Shown here: positions 63,994 through 64,000 of the stretch, in pieces
How positions within the stretch are numbered: the stretch's first letter is position 1
Layout of the letters: each line of letters begins with the position of its first letter
Source: Bdellovibrionales bacterium
GTDB lineage: Bacteria > Bdellovibrionota > Bdellovibrionia > Bdellovibrionales > JAGQZY01
Direction of reading: 5' to 3'
Assembly: GCA_041739665.1 (NCBI GenBank)
Contig: JBGSNK010000108.1
Span: 3,918-67,917 of the forward strand
Length of the DNA: 64,000 nt
The notes under the pieces: model-generated
The model's input: the letters and a program-made list of their open reading frames with translations, nothing else
Database searches by the model: none
What the model was told of the DNA's origin: nothing
Program-made: the position numbers and the translations under genes

Positions 63994-64000
63994 AACTATC

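Overview
This 64-kb chromosomal window comes from a diderm (Gram-negative) bacterium. It is moderately AT-rich and densely coded. I call about 62 CDS and one tRNA-Pro(UGG). I found no rRNA, CRISPR array, transposase or integrase. All functional calls rest on reading motifs by eye in the supplied translations; no database search was possible.

Most genes are housekeeping:
- rpsR, rpmB and ETF-ubiquinone oxidoreductase
- tmk-holB-tatD
- gap-pgk-tpiA, joined without gaps to an NhaC-type antiporter, ilvA, hisC and cmk
- rpsA, then a HIT protein, methylmalonyl-CoA epimerase and a rhomboid protease
- fliL, ppsR, nrdR-nusB and rsmB
- a translationally coupled tamB-bamA pair

Lineage-specific envelope genes that I cannot place in any family sit between these.

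Leads, in order of interest:
1. An 8.6-kb block (22.8-31.4 kb). It holds a secreted protein with 20-aa tandem repeats and a divergently transcribed 1,543-codon orphan membrane protein. Downstream is a candidate sigma-54 operon: lipoprotein, hotdog dehydratase, DUF2062-type membrane protein, hotdog dehydratase.
2. The lipoprotein of that operon has a colinear 250-aa paralogue 18 kb away. The paralogue is preceded by a near-consensus -24/-12 element at almost the same distance from its start codon.
3. A seven-gene overlap-coupled operon: NFACT-like protein, GldA/F/G-like ABC module, DUF4340-like protein, GHMP kinase and an RNase-H-like protein.
4. A LysR-flanked subtilase followed by two tandem paralogues.
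5. A spore-photoproduct-lyase-like radical-SAM gene coupled to an unknown partner.
6. A hairpin-rich 527-bp gap containing minus-strand terminators that have no gene to terminate.

The gene content would fit a Bdellovibrio-like or deltaproteobacterial lineage. The supporting features are an AgmX/PglI-like domain, the Gld-type ABC module, many secreted proteins and frequent TTG/GTG starts. This placement is weak inference only.
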